Below, one piece after another: positions 40,208-51,063 of a stretch of 64,000 nt of DNA; the stretch's first letter is position 1; the number at the start of each line of letters is the position of its first letter. The position numbers and the translations under genes were made by a program. The notes under the pieces were generated by a model, which was not told the origin of the DNA, made no database searches, and saw only the letters and a list, made by a program, of their open reading frames with translations. The DNA comes from an uncultured archaeon (GTDB taxonomy: Archaea; Asgardarchaeota; Thorarchaeia; Thorarchaeales; Thorarchaeaceae): contig CAYYQL010000001.1 in assembly GCA_964473825.1 (NCBI GenBank), forward strand, positions 32,001-96,000, in the 5' to 3' direction.

Positions 40208-43200
40208 TTGCCCTCATCGAAGCTTCGCAAGAGGCAGTGGTCACGCATAGGAGCTCGAGATGAATGGGTTATCACCTTCGGATTCTTAAAGCATGCCACG
40301 GGGCGTACAGACCACTGTTTGGAGGAGATTGAAATTAGGAAAGTAACAGCTATTCTATTGCTAGTAGTCATTGCTCTGCAGCCATTCCTCATCTTTTCAG
40401 GAATGGTGGCACCAAAGACATTGACCCAAACGCCGCGTCATCTGACTGCTCAGGAGCCGGGCCCTCGGCTGGAACCGGAGGAGTTCATCAACCATGTACC
40501 CATCTACATCAACGGCACAGACGATTTCGAAGCTCAGAACTGGCCAGGATCCGGGACCGATGTTGACCCATATGTGATATCTGGGTTGAACATCACCTAC
40601 GGCATTGGGGTTCCACTCATTCAGATAGAGAATACCGACGCCTACTTCGTGATCCAGGACTGCTTCATGAACCAGCTTTCAGCAACTTGGGCCGTTTCTC
40701 TCTACAACGTGTCCCATGGCAGCATTGTTTACACTTACATGGAATCGAACTGGGGAGGAGCCTTGCTGGAAAGGGCGAACGGCACTCTAATCGACCACGT
40801 CTATACTCTTTCAGGTGACTACCTTGCAGTATATCTCCCAATCTCTACGGACTGTATTCTAACACATTCAGTCTTTAACTCGACAAACTCAGGGTCAATA
40901 CGGGCAGAACAAGCGCACCAACTACGGATTGAAGACACAGTCAGTCAATGTCACACAGGAGCCCGAAATCTCTATTTGCTCCAATCGAATCACACCACGA
41001 TACAGAGCACCCAGTTGTTCTATGGGACCTACGCAATAAGTGCAGTCGGATGTCACTGGTTCGCAGTTGATGATCTATTCGTGGATGACCCACAGACAGG
41101 TCTCGACCTAGTTCTCTCCCCGAATTCCATCCTTACGGATATCCACGGGACCGTCACTTCCGGTGCTGTATTGGAGATCGACGACTCTCAGAACAGTACC
41201 ATCGATGGCTTCACATTCCTTGAGGCAGGAACAGGAATGTACATATCAAGTTCCAATGATACGCGGGTTGCTAACTGCATTCTAGAGGACGTGACTGACG
41301 TCGGTATAGAGATGCATATCTCTCATCGTTGCAATATCACCAACAATGCCGTATCCATGTGTGCCGACGGAATCTACACAGCAGACTCTCATGACTTGAT
41401 TCTCAGCGGCAATACAGTGACGAACTCGGCAGGATACGGAATCGTAATTGAGAATGGTGACCGCGTCATTGTTGATTCGAACTCAGTCCATGACACTGGC
41501 CTCATAGGCATTCATCTAGATACTGGTGAGAACTGCACCTTCTCCAACAATGCGGTTGACCTGACTGAGGAAGCGGGCATCTTACTCCTCGATGCACCAA
41601 ATGTGATAGTGGAATACAATACGGTTTCTAACACGGACGAATACGGCATTCTTCTCGCCGGCTGTCAAAAGGCTCTGGTCCAAGAGAACACCATCATTCA
41701 TACGCTGGACGAGGGACTAAGCTGTGACACGTGCCCTGATTTACAGGTCTTGCGTAATGTCGTTATCGAATCAGAATCAACGGGGTTGTACTTCACCGAC
41801 TCTCCAAGGGCGATAGTCTTTGGAAACGAAGTGTTGCGTGCCGATGACGGCATCTACATCGATACATCGGTGAATATCTCGATTCTGGAGAACACGATTA
41901 CAGAAGTGAGGTACTCGGGGATAACTGCATGGGGGGCTTATAACGGGGTGATTGCGAATAACACGATAGATGCAAGAACATCCTCTTTTGGCCTTCGAGT
42001 GGAATTCACTCGGAATGCGACGATAGCATCTAATGACCTCACGGGCTGTGGAATCTACCTGGGTGACCAACCGGCACTGATTTGGGTCAACCACACTATT
42101 CATGACAACACTGTAAACAGCAAACCATTCCTGTATCTGATTAGCGAATCAGACCTCATCGTTTCTGGCGGCGATTACGGCCAGATTGCTATGGTCGATT
42201 GCACAAACATCACAGTCTCAGGAGGTGTCTTCGAGTATTGCAGCGTCCCGATTGTAATCTACACAGGAGAGTACATCCATATCGAAGGCATAGAATCTGT
42301 AGGCAATTACTATGGGTGTATCGCCAATCCGGCACAAAACCTCACTCTCATAGACTCGCACTTTGAGGGGGTGGCCAATGGCAGAGGCCTGGGACTGTAT
42401 GAATCAGATGACGCCCACGTTGAAGGCTGCACCTTCAGGAAGTTTAGTGGTATGAACGGATATGGCATCGATTCGTACGAGTCTTCGAGATTCGTTCTCA
42501 TTTCAAGTATCCTGGAGTACAATCATAGAGGCCTTTACCTCCGACATGGTGATGACGCCCTCATTGCCGGATGTGACTTTAATCACAACGAGTATACCGG
42601 AATCTATGCCGCCCAGTCAGCTGATCGGGCAACAGTTGAAGACTGCTACTTCCTGAACAGCACGATGGGTATCTATGTTGATAACTCGGACTATTGGAAC
42701 ATAACCGATTGCGAAGTCCGACATTGTACAACAGGAATCTACATTGCGGGATCCTCTGCAGACTTCAACAACGTGACATCCAGCATTGTAGAGAGCTGTG
42801 GCTATGGCATTCGAGTGAGCAACGGTGACAACGCCACAATCACAAACAATACAGTCCGCTGGTGTACGACCTATGGAATCTATCTCTCCAATTCAGACGG
42901 ATCTGAGGTCTACTATAACACGATCGCATTCAATTCGATCAACGGTTATGACAACGACCCACACAATTGGGACGACGGGGTATCAGAAGGGAACTGGTGG
43001 GGAGATTACACACCACCTCCCCCATATTCCATAACGGCCGGGGGCGGCGGCGCAGTTGACAACTACCCCAACCTGTGCGCTCCGACAACTCCAGTCATCG
43101 ATCAGCCAATGGACCTCTATTACGCTGAAGGTTCAACAGGCAATGAACTTACTTGGAATCCGCGTGACGACGAGCTGCGTGACTGGACCGTCAAAATCGA

Positions 43201-44023
43201 TAGTCAGTTCTGGGCATCGGGTGCTTGGAACTTCGATGACATCACAGTAGAAGTTGATGGCTTGCCCTATGGCACCCACATGCTCGACATAATTGTCTAT
43301 GATGTGGACCAGAATAACGTGACAGACCAAGTGCTGATACATGTCTACGACGACACTCCGCCGGTTCTAAAGAGTCAACAAGATACAATTGCCTTTGAGG
43401 GTGCCACTGGCCAGACCATCACTTGGAGTGCTTCGGATTTGAATCCAGATAGCTATGTCGTCCGCCTCAACGGCGAGATTGATGCTGAAGGAACATGGAC
43501 TGATGAAGTGACTTACAGTCTTGACGAGCTGGTCGCGGGAATGTACGAAGTCGAACTGACTATCTACGACCTCGACAGAAACAGCGACTCTGATGTCGTC
43601 ACGGTTCTTTTTGTGTATGATGACGCTCCTCCCGCTATAGACTCTCCCTCGGACACGACCATCTATGAGGGCAGGACGGGGACAAGTGTTGTGTGGACAG
43701 CAACAGACGACTGGCCAGCAAGCTACCAGATTGAGTCAAATGGCTCTGTCGTGGCTTCAGGACCATGGGCTGGAGCCCGAATCATCTTCAGCTTGGACGG
43801 GATTGAGATCGGTAGTCACAGTTTTGAGGTCACAGTGTATGACCAGAGCGGAAACTCAGCTAGTGACATCGTTGAGGTCACAGTACTTGCTTTGCCCATA
43901 GCAGAAGAGGAAGATGTGGTGCCAATGGATCCAATGCTTCTCTTGTTGATTGTGGGCGGGATTGCAGCAGTTGTTGCGGTATCTATCGCAGGATATCTGT
44001 TCAACAAACGAAGGGGTACCTAG
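40208..44023 (+). CDS. Large beta-helix surface protein (paralog 2); true start probably near 40328-40334
   Basis: Same architecture; HVPIYINGTDDF..QNWPGSG; signal peptide begins after GGAGG at 40321. Confidence 0.88.
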   Translation: MPSSKLRKRQWSRIGARDEWVITFGFLKHATGRTDHCLEEIEIRKVTAILLLVVIALQPFLIFSGMVAPKTLTQTPRHLTAQEPGPRLEPEEFINHVPIYINGTDDFEAQNWPGSGTDVDPYVISGLNITYGIGVPLIQIENTDAYFVIQDCFMNQLSATWAVSLYNVSHGSIVYTYMESNWGGALLERANGTLIDHVYTLSGDYLAVYLPISTDCILTHSVFNSTNSGSIRAEQAHQLRIEDTVSQCHTGARNLYLLQSNHTTIQSTQLFYGTYAISAVGCHWFAVDDLFVDDPQTGLDLVLSPNSILTDIHGTVTSGAVLEIDDSQNSTIDGFTFLEAGTGMYISSSNDTRVANCILEDVTDVGIEMHISHRCNITNNAVSMCADGIYTADSHDLILSGNTVTNSAGYGIVIENGDRVIVDSNSVHDTGLIGIHLDTGENCTFSNNAVDLTEEAGILLLDAPNVIVEYNTVSNTDEYGILLAGCQKALVQENTIIHTLDEGLSCDTCPDLQVLRNVVIESESTGLYFTDSPRAIVFGNEVLRADDGIYIDTSVNISILENTITEVRYSGITAWGAYNGVIANNTIDARTSSFGLRVEFTRNATIASNDLTGCGIYLGDQPALIWVNHTIHDNTVNSKPFLYLISESDLIVSGGDYGQIAMVDCTNITVSGGVFEYCSVPIVIYTGEYIHIEGIESVGNYYGCIANPAQNLTLIDSHFEGVANGRGLGLYESDDAHVEGCTFRKFSGMNGYGIDSYESSRFVLISSILEYNHRGLYLRHGDDALIAGCDFNHNEYTGIYAAQSADRATVEDCYFLNSTMGIYVDNSDYWNITDCEVRHCTTGIYIAGSSADFNNVTSSIVESCGYGIRVSNGDNATITNNTVRWCTTYGIYLSNSDGSEVYYNTIAFNSINGYDNDPHNWDDGVSEGNWWGDYTPPPPYSITAGGGGAVDNYPNLCAPTTPVIDQPMDLYYAEGSTGNELTWNPRDDELRDWTVKIDSQFWASGAWNFDDITVEVDGLPYGTHMLDIIVYDVDQNNVTDQVLIHVYDDTPPVLKSQQDTIAFEGATGQTITWSASDLNPDSYVVRLNGEIDAEGTWTDEVTYSLDELVAGMYEVELTIYDLDRNSDSDVVTVLFVYDDAPPAIDSPSDTTIYEGRTGTSVVWTATDDWPASYQIESNGSVVASGPWAGARIIFSLDGIEIGSHSFEVTVYDQSGNSASDIVEVTVLALPIAEEEDVVPMDPMLLLLIVGGIAAVVAVSIAGYLFNKRRGT

Positions 44024-44029
44024 AGTCTT

Positions 44030-44062
44030 ATTGGGAACCCGGGCGCATTGCCCGGGCCCAAT
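44030..44062 (+). terminator. GC-rich hairpin after paralog 2
   Basis: CCCGGGC-GCATT-GCCCGGG with outer ATTGGG/CCCAAT. Confidence 0.5.
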
Positions 44063-44282
44063 GCTTCGCTCTTATCGAGGAGAAGGCACCTAAGTACCTG
44101 TGAAGTTTATTAGTGAGTTTACCCAGAGGAAAGCAGCACGTCTTGATGCATTAGCGTGAAGGTAAGGAAGGCGAGTTCCACTCGTCGCACCATATGGACA
44201 ACACAGTCACATCACTGCGCTTGTTCAGTTCTTTCACATGCCTCAACGATGCTTCATGAAAAGACTCCCGGAGGAGTGGAGA

Positions 44283-47200
44283 TTGCAGAAACGGATTATG
44301 ACTGGAATACTTGCGTTCATGTTACTTGTTCAGCCTTTTGTGTTGACCGGATACTTCGTAACGAAACCTGCCGTACTTGATGCGGCTCCCGAGAGAGATA
44401 TCAGGTTGGCACAAGAACCTGGAATACGTCTTGACTCTGAAGACCTCACCGACCACGTTCCGATATTCATCAACGGCACAGATGATTTTGTGGGACAGGG
44501 TTGGCCCGGCAGCGGCAGTGAGGTTGACCCCTTCATCATGGAAGCCCTCAATATCACATATGACATCGGGAAAGTGGCAATTCACATCATCAATACGGAT
44601 GCATACTTCATTGTCCGAGACTGTTATGTCAACCAGATGTCAAATGAGGTTGGCATCGCCTTTCACAACGTATCGAATGGACTTGTTGAGTATTGCAGCA
44701 TTGTGTCAGCAGGTCGCGGGGTTGAAGCCTTCAATACTGGCAACACAGAGATCATGCACTGCGATGTTCTTGCAACGCAGATTGCAGTCTATGTCAATGC
44801 ATCGTCAGAGTCCAAAGTTAGCTGGAACAATATAAACTCAACAACCCACCGAGCGCTTACAAGTGAGTACTGCACAGGCCTGACACTTTCCCATAACACC
44901 CTTGCGGGTAATGCTCCTGGTTGGTACACGGCAGTAGTCCGCTATTCCAATCACACGACGGTAACTGATGAATTCAGCAGCGGCCTTCTGACAGGATACG
45001 CATTCGAGTTCGATATCGATGTCGACGTAAGCAATGTTGTCATACCTGAAAGTAACCAAGGATACGGTATCCGTTTGTACACAGTGGAGAATGTAAGCAT
45101 TTCGGCCAGTGAGGCGCATGGAACGAATCAGCCGGGGCTACAAATCTACAAGTGCAACAACACCGATGTGACTGGGTCCACCTTCAGCTCGGAAGCAGAT
45201 ATCGGTATCGAAATCGATTGGTCGAACTACACAACGCTCTCCTCCTGCACCATTGCATCGAGTGGAGAACAGGGCGTCGTTATCAGCGACTCTTGGCAGA
45301 CCTCAGTAAATGGGCTGACTTTGACACATGCCGAGGCCACGGGAATCCTGGTGGATAACTCCCCCGATACCGAGATTACTGGCGGCTCAGTATTCAATAC
45401 CACAAGGTTTGGAATCGAGATTACCGAGTCAAATCGGACAACGCTCAACGGTAACACCATCGATTTGACAGGTGGCTCCGGTGTTTATGCCAACTATTCC
45501 TACCCAATCGAAATTTCAGACAATAGTATCTCAAATCTTGGTGCATACGGCCTAGTTCTCGACCACTGCGAAAACACCACTATAGCGTCAAATGACATCT
45601 CCAATTGTGTTGGCGTGGGCATTCGAGTGCTGGCATCACCCCAATCTACGATTGAGGGGAACACCGTCACCCGTAGTACTAACATAGGAATCTCCACAAT
45701 AGAATGCCCGGACAGTAGCATCCGGGAGAATGATGTCTCAATGGCCGTCGCTTATGGAATCCAAGTCCAGACTGGACCACGGTCGACCGTAGCGGACAAC
45801 TGGGTGAATGGAAGCCAGTCGCATGGCCTGTACATGCAGAACTCGCATAATACAACGGTATCCGGTAATACGGTGGAGGGCGGAGGAGAGGCACTCTATC
45901 TTGCAGGCTGTGACAATACAGTGGTGTCCGGCAATTCCATAGTCGGAACCGGCCTAGAAGCCGCCGGGTTGTACACTTCAACAAACGTCACGTTCTCGGG
46001 AAACACCATTGACTTCCCGGCCGAACAGGGAATATACATCTATGGCCTAGCAGACTCAGCCTTTGTGAATAATACACTCACAGGGTGTGGATTCGTCTTC
46101 GAGCTGGTGGGACTCTCACTGTATGAGCACGAGTTCTCTGGAAACATTGTCAACGGCAAGCCGGTCTACTACTGTTGGAACGGCTCCGGCATAGATCTCG
46201 ACGGTGATAGCTATGGACAGATCATCCTTATGAATTGCTCAGGCTGCACAGTGACAGGAGGCGATTTTGATCGCGCCTCCGTACCGATTGCCGGATACTA
46301 CACCAACAATCTGCTCATCCAAGATGCTCACTTTTCTAACAACCTTGCAGCGTACATTGGCTCCGAGGCAGAAAACGTGACAATTCTCAACTGCGTTTCA
46401 GAAGGCAAGGCGAACAGATGGGGCATCGCGACATTCTACGTCGATAACGTGACCGTCAGTGGAACCACCATCTCTGACTGTGACAGCCCGACCGGCGTTG
46501 GCCTAAGGCTCTGGTATGGCTCGAACATCAACATCACTGACTGTCTTGTCACGGGCTCGACGACTGGGGCATCCATTGTCCAGGGATCCGACCTGTTTCT
46601 CAGTTCGTGCGACTTTGAGCACATTAGTGGTACAGGCGTGGCCTTGGACAACTTCGACAATGTTGAACTCAAGGACTCCACGTTCACCAACGTGTCGCGC
46701 GGTGTCTACCTCTATTACTCGGACAACGTGTCCTTGAGCGACTCAACGTTCATGTACTGTAATGATCATGCAATCTATTCGACAACGTCATACGGATTGA
46801 ATGTCACGACCAACACCATTGAGAACAACGGATATGGGATGTATGTAAGTGGTGGTGGAAACATCTATGTCCTCAATAACTCGATCAGATGGAACTTGGA
46901 TTATGGCCTGTACGTTAACTCAGCAGTGAACGTTTCTGTCTACTACAACGTCTTTGTGATGAACATAGCAGGAAACGGCTATGACACCTCCATTAGGAAC
47001 TGGGATGACAACGTGAGCCTTGGCAACTATTGGTATCCATTCTCTGGTGCACCAGTCATTGTCGGTAATGCACAGGACAGGTATCCACAGGAATTCCTTC
47101 CCACCACGCCCATCATCAACCGGCCTCAGGACGTGTCCTACGCAGAGGGCTCCACCGGAAATACCATCACGTGGTACCCTGTTGATGATAACCTCCGTAA

Positions 47201-48038
47201 CTGGGAAGTTGAGGTCAACTCGGAGTACTGGGACGGGGATGCATGGAACTACACTAGTATCATTGTCAACATTGATGGATTGCCATACGGCACCCATACT
47301 TTGGTGATCACTGTATGGGATATCCATGACAATTATGTAACAGATACTGTCAACATACACGTGTACGATGCGACTCCGCCCACCATCAGCAGTGCACCGG
47401 ATAGAGAAGCCTTTGTGGGCGCAACTGGTCAGACAGTGACGTGGACTGTGGAGGACTTGAACCCCGACAACTACGTTCTCTATGTGGATGACGTTGAATC
47501 GGAAACAGGATCATGGACTTCAGGAGTTCTTGAAGTAAGTATTGATGGCCTCTCAGAGGGGCTCCGTATCCTCCGGATAGTCATCTATGACGTTGACGGA
47601 AACACGGCAGAAGACGCTTTGAGAGTGCTGGTGATCAATGATGACGTCGGTCCCACCATCGACTCGCCCGCCGACATCGTGTATGTCGAGGGCACAGTGG
47701 GTAACACCATCACGTGGACACCCTCGGATCAATACCCCGCCTCTTTCGAGGTGACGGAGAATTCCACAGCATACGCATCAGGTAGTTGGGGAGGCGGCAA
47801 GGTTGTCGTGAACGTCAATGGACTTGACCCCGGAAATTATGAGTTCGAGATAACAGTCGCAGACAAGAGCGGAAATACTGCAACCGATACAGTCGCTCTC
47901 ACGGTCGTAGCGGCTGTAGCTACAACAACACCTCCACCTCCAGACGTTGATCAGTTGTTCCTACTTGCTGGAGTCGTGGGCGTTATCGCAGTGGTAGTTG
48001 CTCTAGTCTGGTATATCCGAAAGAGAAGACCTAGCTAA
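44283..48038 (+). CDS. Large beta-helix surface protein (paralog 3)
   Basis: Same architecture; TTG start after GGAGGAGTGGAG. Confidence 0.88.
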   Translation: MQKRIMTGILAFMLLVQPFVLTGYFVTKPAVLDAAPERDIRLAQEPGIRLDSEDLTDHVPIFINGTDDFVGQGWPGSGSEVDPFIMEALNITYDIGKVAIHIINTDAYFIVRDCYVNQMSNEVGIAFHNVSNGLVEYCSIVSAGRGVEAFNTGNTEIMHCDVLATQIAVYVNASSESKVSWNNINSTTHRALTSEYCTGLTLSHNTLAGNAPGWYTAVVRYSNHTTVTDEFSSGLLTGYAFEFDIDVDVSNVVIPESNQGYGIRLYTVENVSISASEAHGTNQPGLQIYKCNNTDVTGSTFSSEADIGIEIDWSNYTTLSSCTIASSGEQGVVISDSWQTSVNGLTLTHAEATGILVDNSPDTEITGGSVFNTTRFGIEITESNRTTLNGNTIDLTGGSGVYANYSYPIEISDNSISNLGAYGLVLDHCENTTIASNDISNCVGVGIRVLASPQSTIEGNTVTRSTNIGISTIECPDSSIRENDVSMAVAYGIQVQTGPRSTVADNWVNGSQSHGLYMQNSHNTTVSGNTVEGGGEALYLAGCDNTVVSGNSIVGTGLEAAGLYTSTNVTFSGNTIDFPAEQGIYIYGLADSAFVNNTLTGCGFVFELVGLSLYEHEFSGNIVNGKPVYYCWNGSGIDLDGDSYGQIILMNCSGCTVTGGDFDRASVPIAGYYTNNLLIQDAHFSNNLAAYIGSEAENVTILNCVSEGKANRWGIATFYVDNVTVSGTTISDCDSPTGVGLRLWYGSNINITDCLVTGSTTGASIVQGSDLFLSSCDFEHISGTGVALDNFDNVELKDSTFTNVSRGVYLYYSDNVSLSDSTFMYCNDHAIYSTTSYGLNVTTNTIENNGYGMYVSGGGNIYVLNNSIRWNLDYGLYVNSAVNVSVYYNVFVMNIAGNGYDTSIRNWDDNVSLGNYWYPFSGAPVIVGNAQDRYPQEFLPTTPIINRPQDVSYAEGSTGNTITWYPVDDNLRNWEVEVNSEYWDGDAWNYTSIIVNIDGLPYGTHTLVITVWDIHDNYVTDTVNIHVYDATPPTISSAPDREAFVGATGQTVTWTVEDLNPDNYVLYVDDVESETGSWTSGVLEVSIDGLSEGLRILRIVIYDVDGNTAEDALRVLVINDDVGPTIDSPADIVYVEGTVGNTITWTPSDQYPASFEVTENSTAYASGSWGGGKVVVNVNGLDPGNYEFEITVADKSGNTATDTVALTVVAAVATTTPPPPDVDQLFLLAGVVGVIAVVVALVWYIRKRRPS

Positions 48039-48289
48039 GGAGAGCATACGGCGGTGAGGGCCTCGCTCTCATCGCTGCCTTCGTTTTTTTTCCTCATGGT
48101 TACAAGAGAGGGCCTCTTCTTTCAAATATTTGAGGGGCGTTCTTTTTTCGGAGGACATGTTCTTCTCAGAGTCACATCCACGGCTCAGAGAAAGCACTGT
48201 CGATTTAATCACAGAAGAAACTATATTCAGAAACTAATATCACCAATAGAAGCTTCATCCAATTCGGATGAGTTGGGGAGCGGTGCCAA

Positions 48290-49804
48290 GTGCCACCAGA
48301 ACTGAAGAAGCGTTATTATGACTCAATCATAGGATTAGCCTTTGCTGTGCTACTGGGTGGCATGCTTCTGGTCACAGGATCCGGTCTGGCCTGGTCCATC
48401 GTCGAAGCACAGGAGTCAGCATTCTGGCTGAGTGTTCTGGTGGCTATGCTGGCAACTACATCCGGGATTGTCGCCACATATAGCTTCGTCCGCTACACAC
48501 AGCAACCCAACCTAAGAAGCATAATCATTATGTTCCTCGGTGCCAACGTGGTACTCTTCTCGTTTGCCTACCTAGTCACTCATCCGATAATCGCACTCTC
48601 AGTAATAGCAACTCGCGACAGGAATCGCACTATTGTATCAGGACTCGCGTTCCTTCTGACACCAGGCGTATTAGCAGGCTCGGTGCCGGGTGACGCAGAG
48701 ATTACCCCTAAGAAGAAGAGATTGGTGATTCTCTGGGGAGCTGTCTTACAGCCTCTATTCTTTATCTTGCTTCTAGCATCTCCAGTCCCCTTGTTCAGAG
48801 TTACAGATCCCCAAGGAGGCTTGTTCGGACTCACTCCTGTTGGGCTCATTCTTACAGGGGTTGTCGGAAGCAGCGCAACCCTAGCACTGCTCAGATACAT
48901 ACTTGAATGGTACCGTAGTAGAAGCCGCACGATTCTGGCATCAACTCTAGCACTGGTTCTGTGGATGGGCGCCTTCATCATCTACACTCTACTAGAAGAC
49001 CCCCGCCAGATTGCGGAGATTCTCTGGTTAGGTGGCATCTTCGCCGGTTTCGTCATTTTGGCCTTGGGAATGATTCTAACATCAATAATCGAACCCCACC
49101 GTATTCTTGAGTCACTTGTTGAAAGGAGAACAGCGGAGCTTCAGACTGCCAGAAGGGAGAGCGACTTCTATCTTCATATGTGGACTCACAAGATGGGCAA
49201 TCTCCTGCAGGGCATCGTGACATATCTCGAACTCCTCTCGCATGCAGAGCGAAACACAAGTCAGGAAGGACCACACAAGGAGGCGGTTGCACTGAGCAAT
49301 GAAGCCACCCTCTTCAACAGACAGGTATCAAAGCTTTCGGAAATCAAGTCTGCCAAGGATGTGAAGCTCGTCCCGGTTGTAGCCCAAACCTACATGATGA
49401 GGGGTCTTGAAACCGTCAAACAGACATTTCAGGAAAGGCCAGTTTCCGCCAAGGTCACGATTGACAAGAGATTGATTGTAAGGGCTGACATGATGCTGAC
49501 TGACCTGTTTGCCAATCTAATCATCCAAGCCTATAGATTAGCATCCGAAGATCATATCCAGCTGAAGATATCAGGTTCCCCTCAGAATGGAGAAGTCAGC
49601 ATCTATATCGAGAGCTGTGGTAGACCTCTCTCGGACGCTGATAAGCGATTTTTGATCGGCTCTGACCTTCCCGAGCTCTCAACCCTGAATATCCACCTCT
49701 ATACCGCCCGTATTCTAATCGACAGGTACGGAGGTCAGATCCGTTATTTCAGAAAGGAGAACGAATCTAAGAACATCTTTGAGATCAATCTGGATAGCGG
49801 CTAG
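48290..49804 (+). CDS. Membrane sensor with degenerate histidine-kinase domain
   Basis: About 8 TM; HKMGNLLQ H-box-like; ATP-binding G boxes eroded. Confidence 0.7.
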   Translation: MPPELKKRYYDSIIGLAFAVLLGGMLLVTGSGLAWSIVEAQESAFWLSVLVAMLATTSGIVATYSFVRYTQQPNLRSIIIMFLGANVVLFSFAYLVTHPIIALSVIATRDRNRTIVSGLAFLLTPGVLAGSVPGDAEITPKKKRLVILWGAVLQPLFFILLLASPVPLFRVTDPQGGLFGLTPVGLILTGVVGSSATLALLRYILEWYRSRSRTILASTLALVLWMGAFIIYTLLEDPRQIAEILWLGGIFAGFVILALGMILTSIIEPHRILESLVERRTAELQTARRESDFYLHMWTHKMGNLLQGIVTYLELLSHAERNTSQEGPHKEAVALSNEATLFNRQVSKLSEIKSAKDVKLVPVVAQTYMMRGLETVKQTFQERPVSAKVTIDKRLIVRADMMLTDLFANLIIQAYRLASEDHIQLKISGSPQNGEVSIYIESCGRPLSDADKRFLIGSDLPELSTLNIHLYTARILIDRYGGQIRYFRKENESKNIFEINLDSG

Positions 49805-49858
49805 TACATCTACGGGCAATCTCTATCCGTAGACGCATTCAGATGATTCGAAAAGCAA

Positions 49859-50560
49859 TCATTCTGCATCCCATGCAATCCATATCAGGTCAACATCACT
49901 GACCGCCTTGACCTGATGAAGAACATTCCGCGGGATGTAATATACCGTGTTAGGGGCAAGCTCCTGCTCTTCTTCTTCGATACGTACTGTGCCGGTTCCG
50001 GCCAAGATCACAAACGCTTGAGGCCAGGGGTCGTGCTCACCCTCCTCATTGAGGGTTGTATCCGACGGGATTCGATACCAAGCAAGGCGAAGGCCCTGCC
50101 AGTACACAATCGGGATTGGTTTCGCACCATGAGCCTCACCTGCCCGTTCTACTGCAAGTTTCTTTGTCTTTATTCGTCCAGGCAGAAAGAAAAAGGTTGC
50201 CAAGCTCTTGATTGCCTCCATGGAGTCCTTGGCACGGTCTCGTTCAAGGAACTCGAAGTTGATTGGACGAACCTCATCCATGCTTGACCTCCCTGCTAGC
50301 GCAAATGCGTCAGCCTCTTCATCTAGGATCCTCTGAAGTGTGGCCGAGTCTAGAGTTATCTTGAGGCTTACCGAAGAAACGCCCTCTTCTATGCTCACCA
50401 CGCCATCTCCCTGCTTCAATATCATTGTCGCCGTTTCGCCGGTGTCGGTGAGCTCCACTGCTAACCTCAGAGGATTTTCCGACTCATGAAGAAGATCGTT
50501 GTAGAAACGCGAGTCCTTCTGGAGCTTTCTTAACGATTCAACTAGGCCAACCATACGCAA
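49859..50560 (-). CDS. SCP2-like plus cupin domain protein
   Basis: C-terminal H.WPQAFVILAGTG...YIPRNVLH cupin motifs. Confidence 0.7.
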   Translation of the reverse strand: MRMVGLVESLRKLQKDSRFYNDLLHESENPLRLAVELTDTGETATMILKQGDGVVSIEEGVSSVSLKITLDSATLQRILDEEADAFALAGRSSMDEVRPINFEFLERDRAKDSMEAIKSLATFFFLPGRIKTKKLAVERAGEAHGAKPIPIVYWQGLRLAWYRIPSDTTLNEEGEHDPWPQAFVILAGTGTVRIEEEEQELAPNTVYYIPRNVLHQVKAVSDVDLIWIAWDAE

Positions 50561-50641
50561 TCACAGTACTCAAGAGTCATCCAAATATCACTGTTTCCGA
50601 AAGCGCGATGTAGATGCAGAGTCATACTAAGGTTCACCACT

Positions 50642-51052
50642 TCATGATTCCTGAGCAATCCGATGTGCAAATATCTCATCAACCAACTCAATTATCGATC
50701 TTCCCAGAAGGGCACCGAAGCCCCCGAGGAGGCCACCCAGAACAACGCTGATTACGATGACTAACCACCCCAGACCGGAGATGCCCAGCAGACCGATGAA
50801 GAATTCAGCTATCTGTAGCGCTTGGGCTGTTACCGCGAGATAGGCAAAGAGTATCGACCAGGCCACTGCTACTCCAACGAATCCAGCAAGGAACGAGTGT
50901 GTGTGTTTCCGTGTTAGAAGGGCACCAAAGAATCCAGCAATTAACATGGTAGCCCATATACCACTCAACTGGAGAGACAAGCCGATTAGGGCTACAACTA
51001 CTGTTGCGGGAATGACTCCCACATCTGGGAATATGTCGTCAAGTCCTGTCAT
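50642..51052 (-). CDS. Small membrane protein
   Basis: Gly-rich hydrophobic helices; downstream of the acylase in the same operon. Confidence 0.75.
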   Translation of the reverse strand: MTGLDDIFPDVGVIPATVVVALIGLSLQLSGIWATMLIAGFFGALLTRKHTHSFLAGFVGVAVAWSILFAYLAVTAQALQIAEFFIGLLGISGLGWLVIVISVVLGGLLGGFGALLGRSIIELVDEIFAHRIAQES

Positions 51053-51063
51053 CCTGTCTCACC

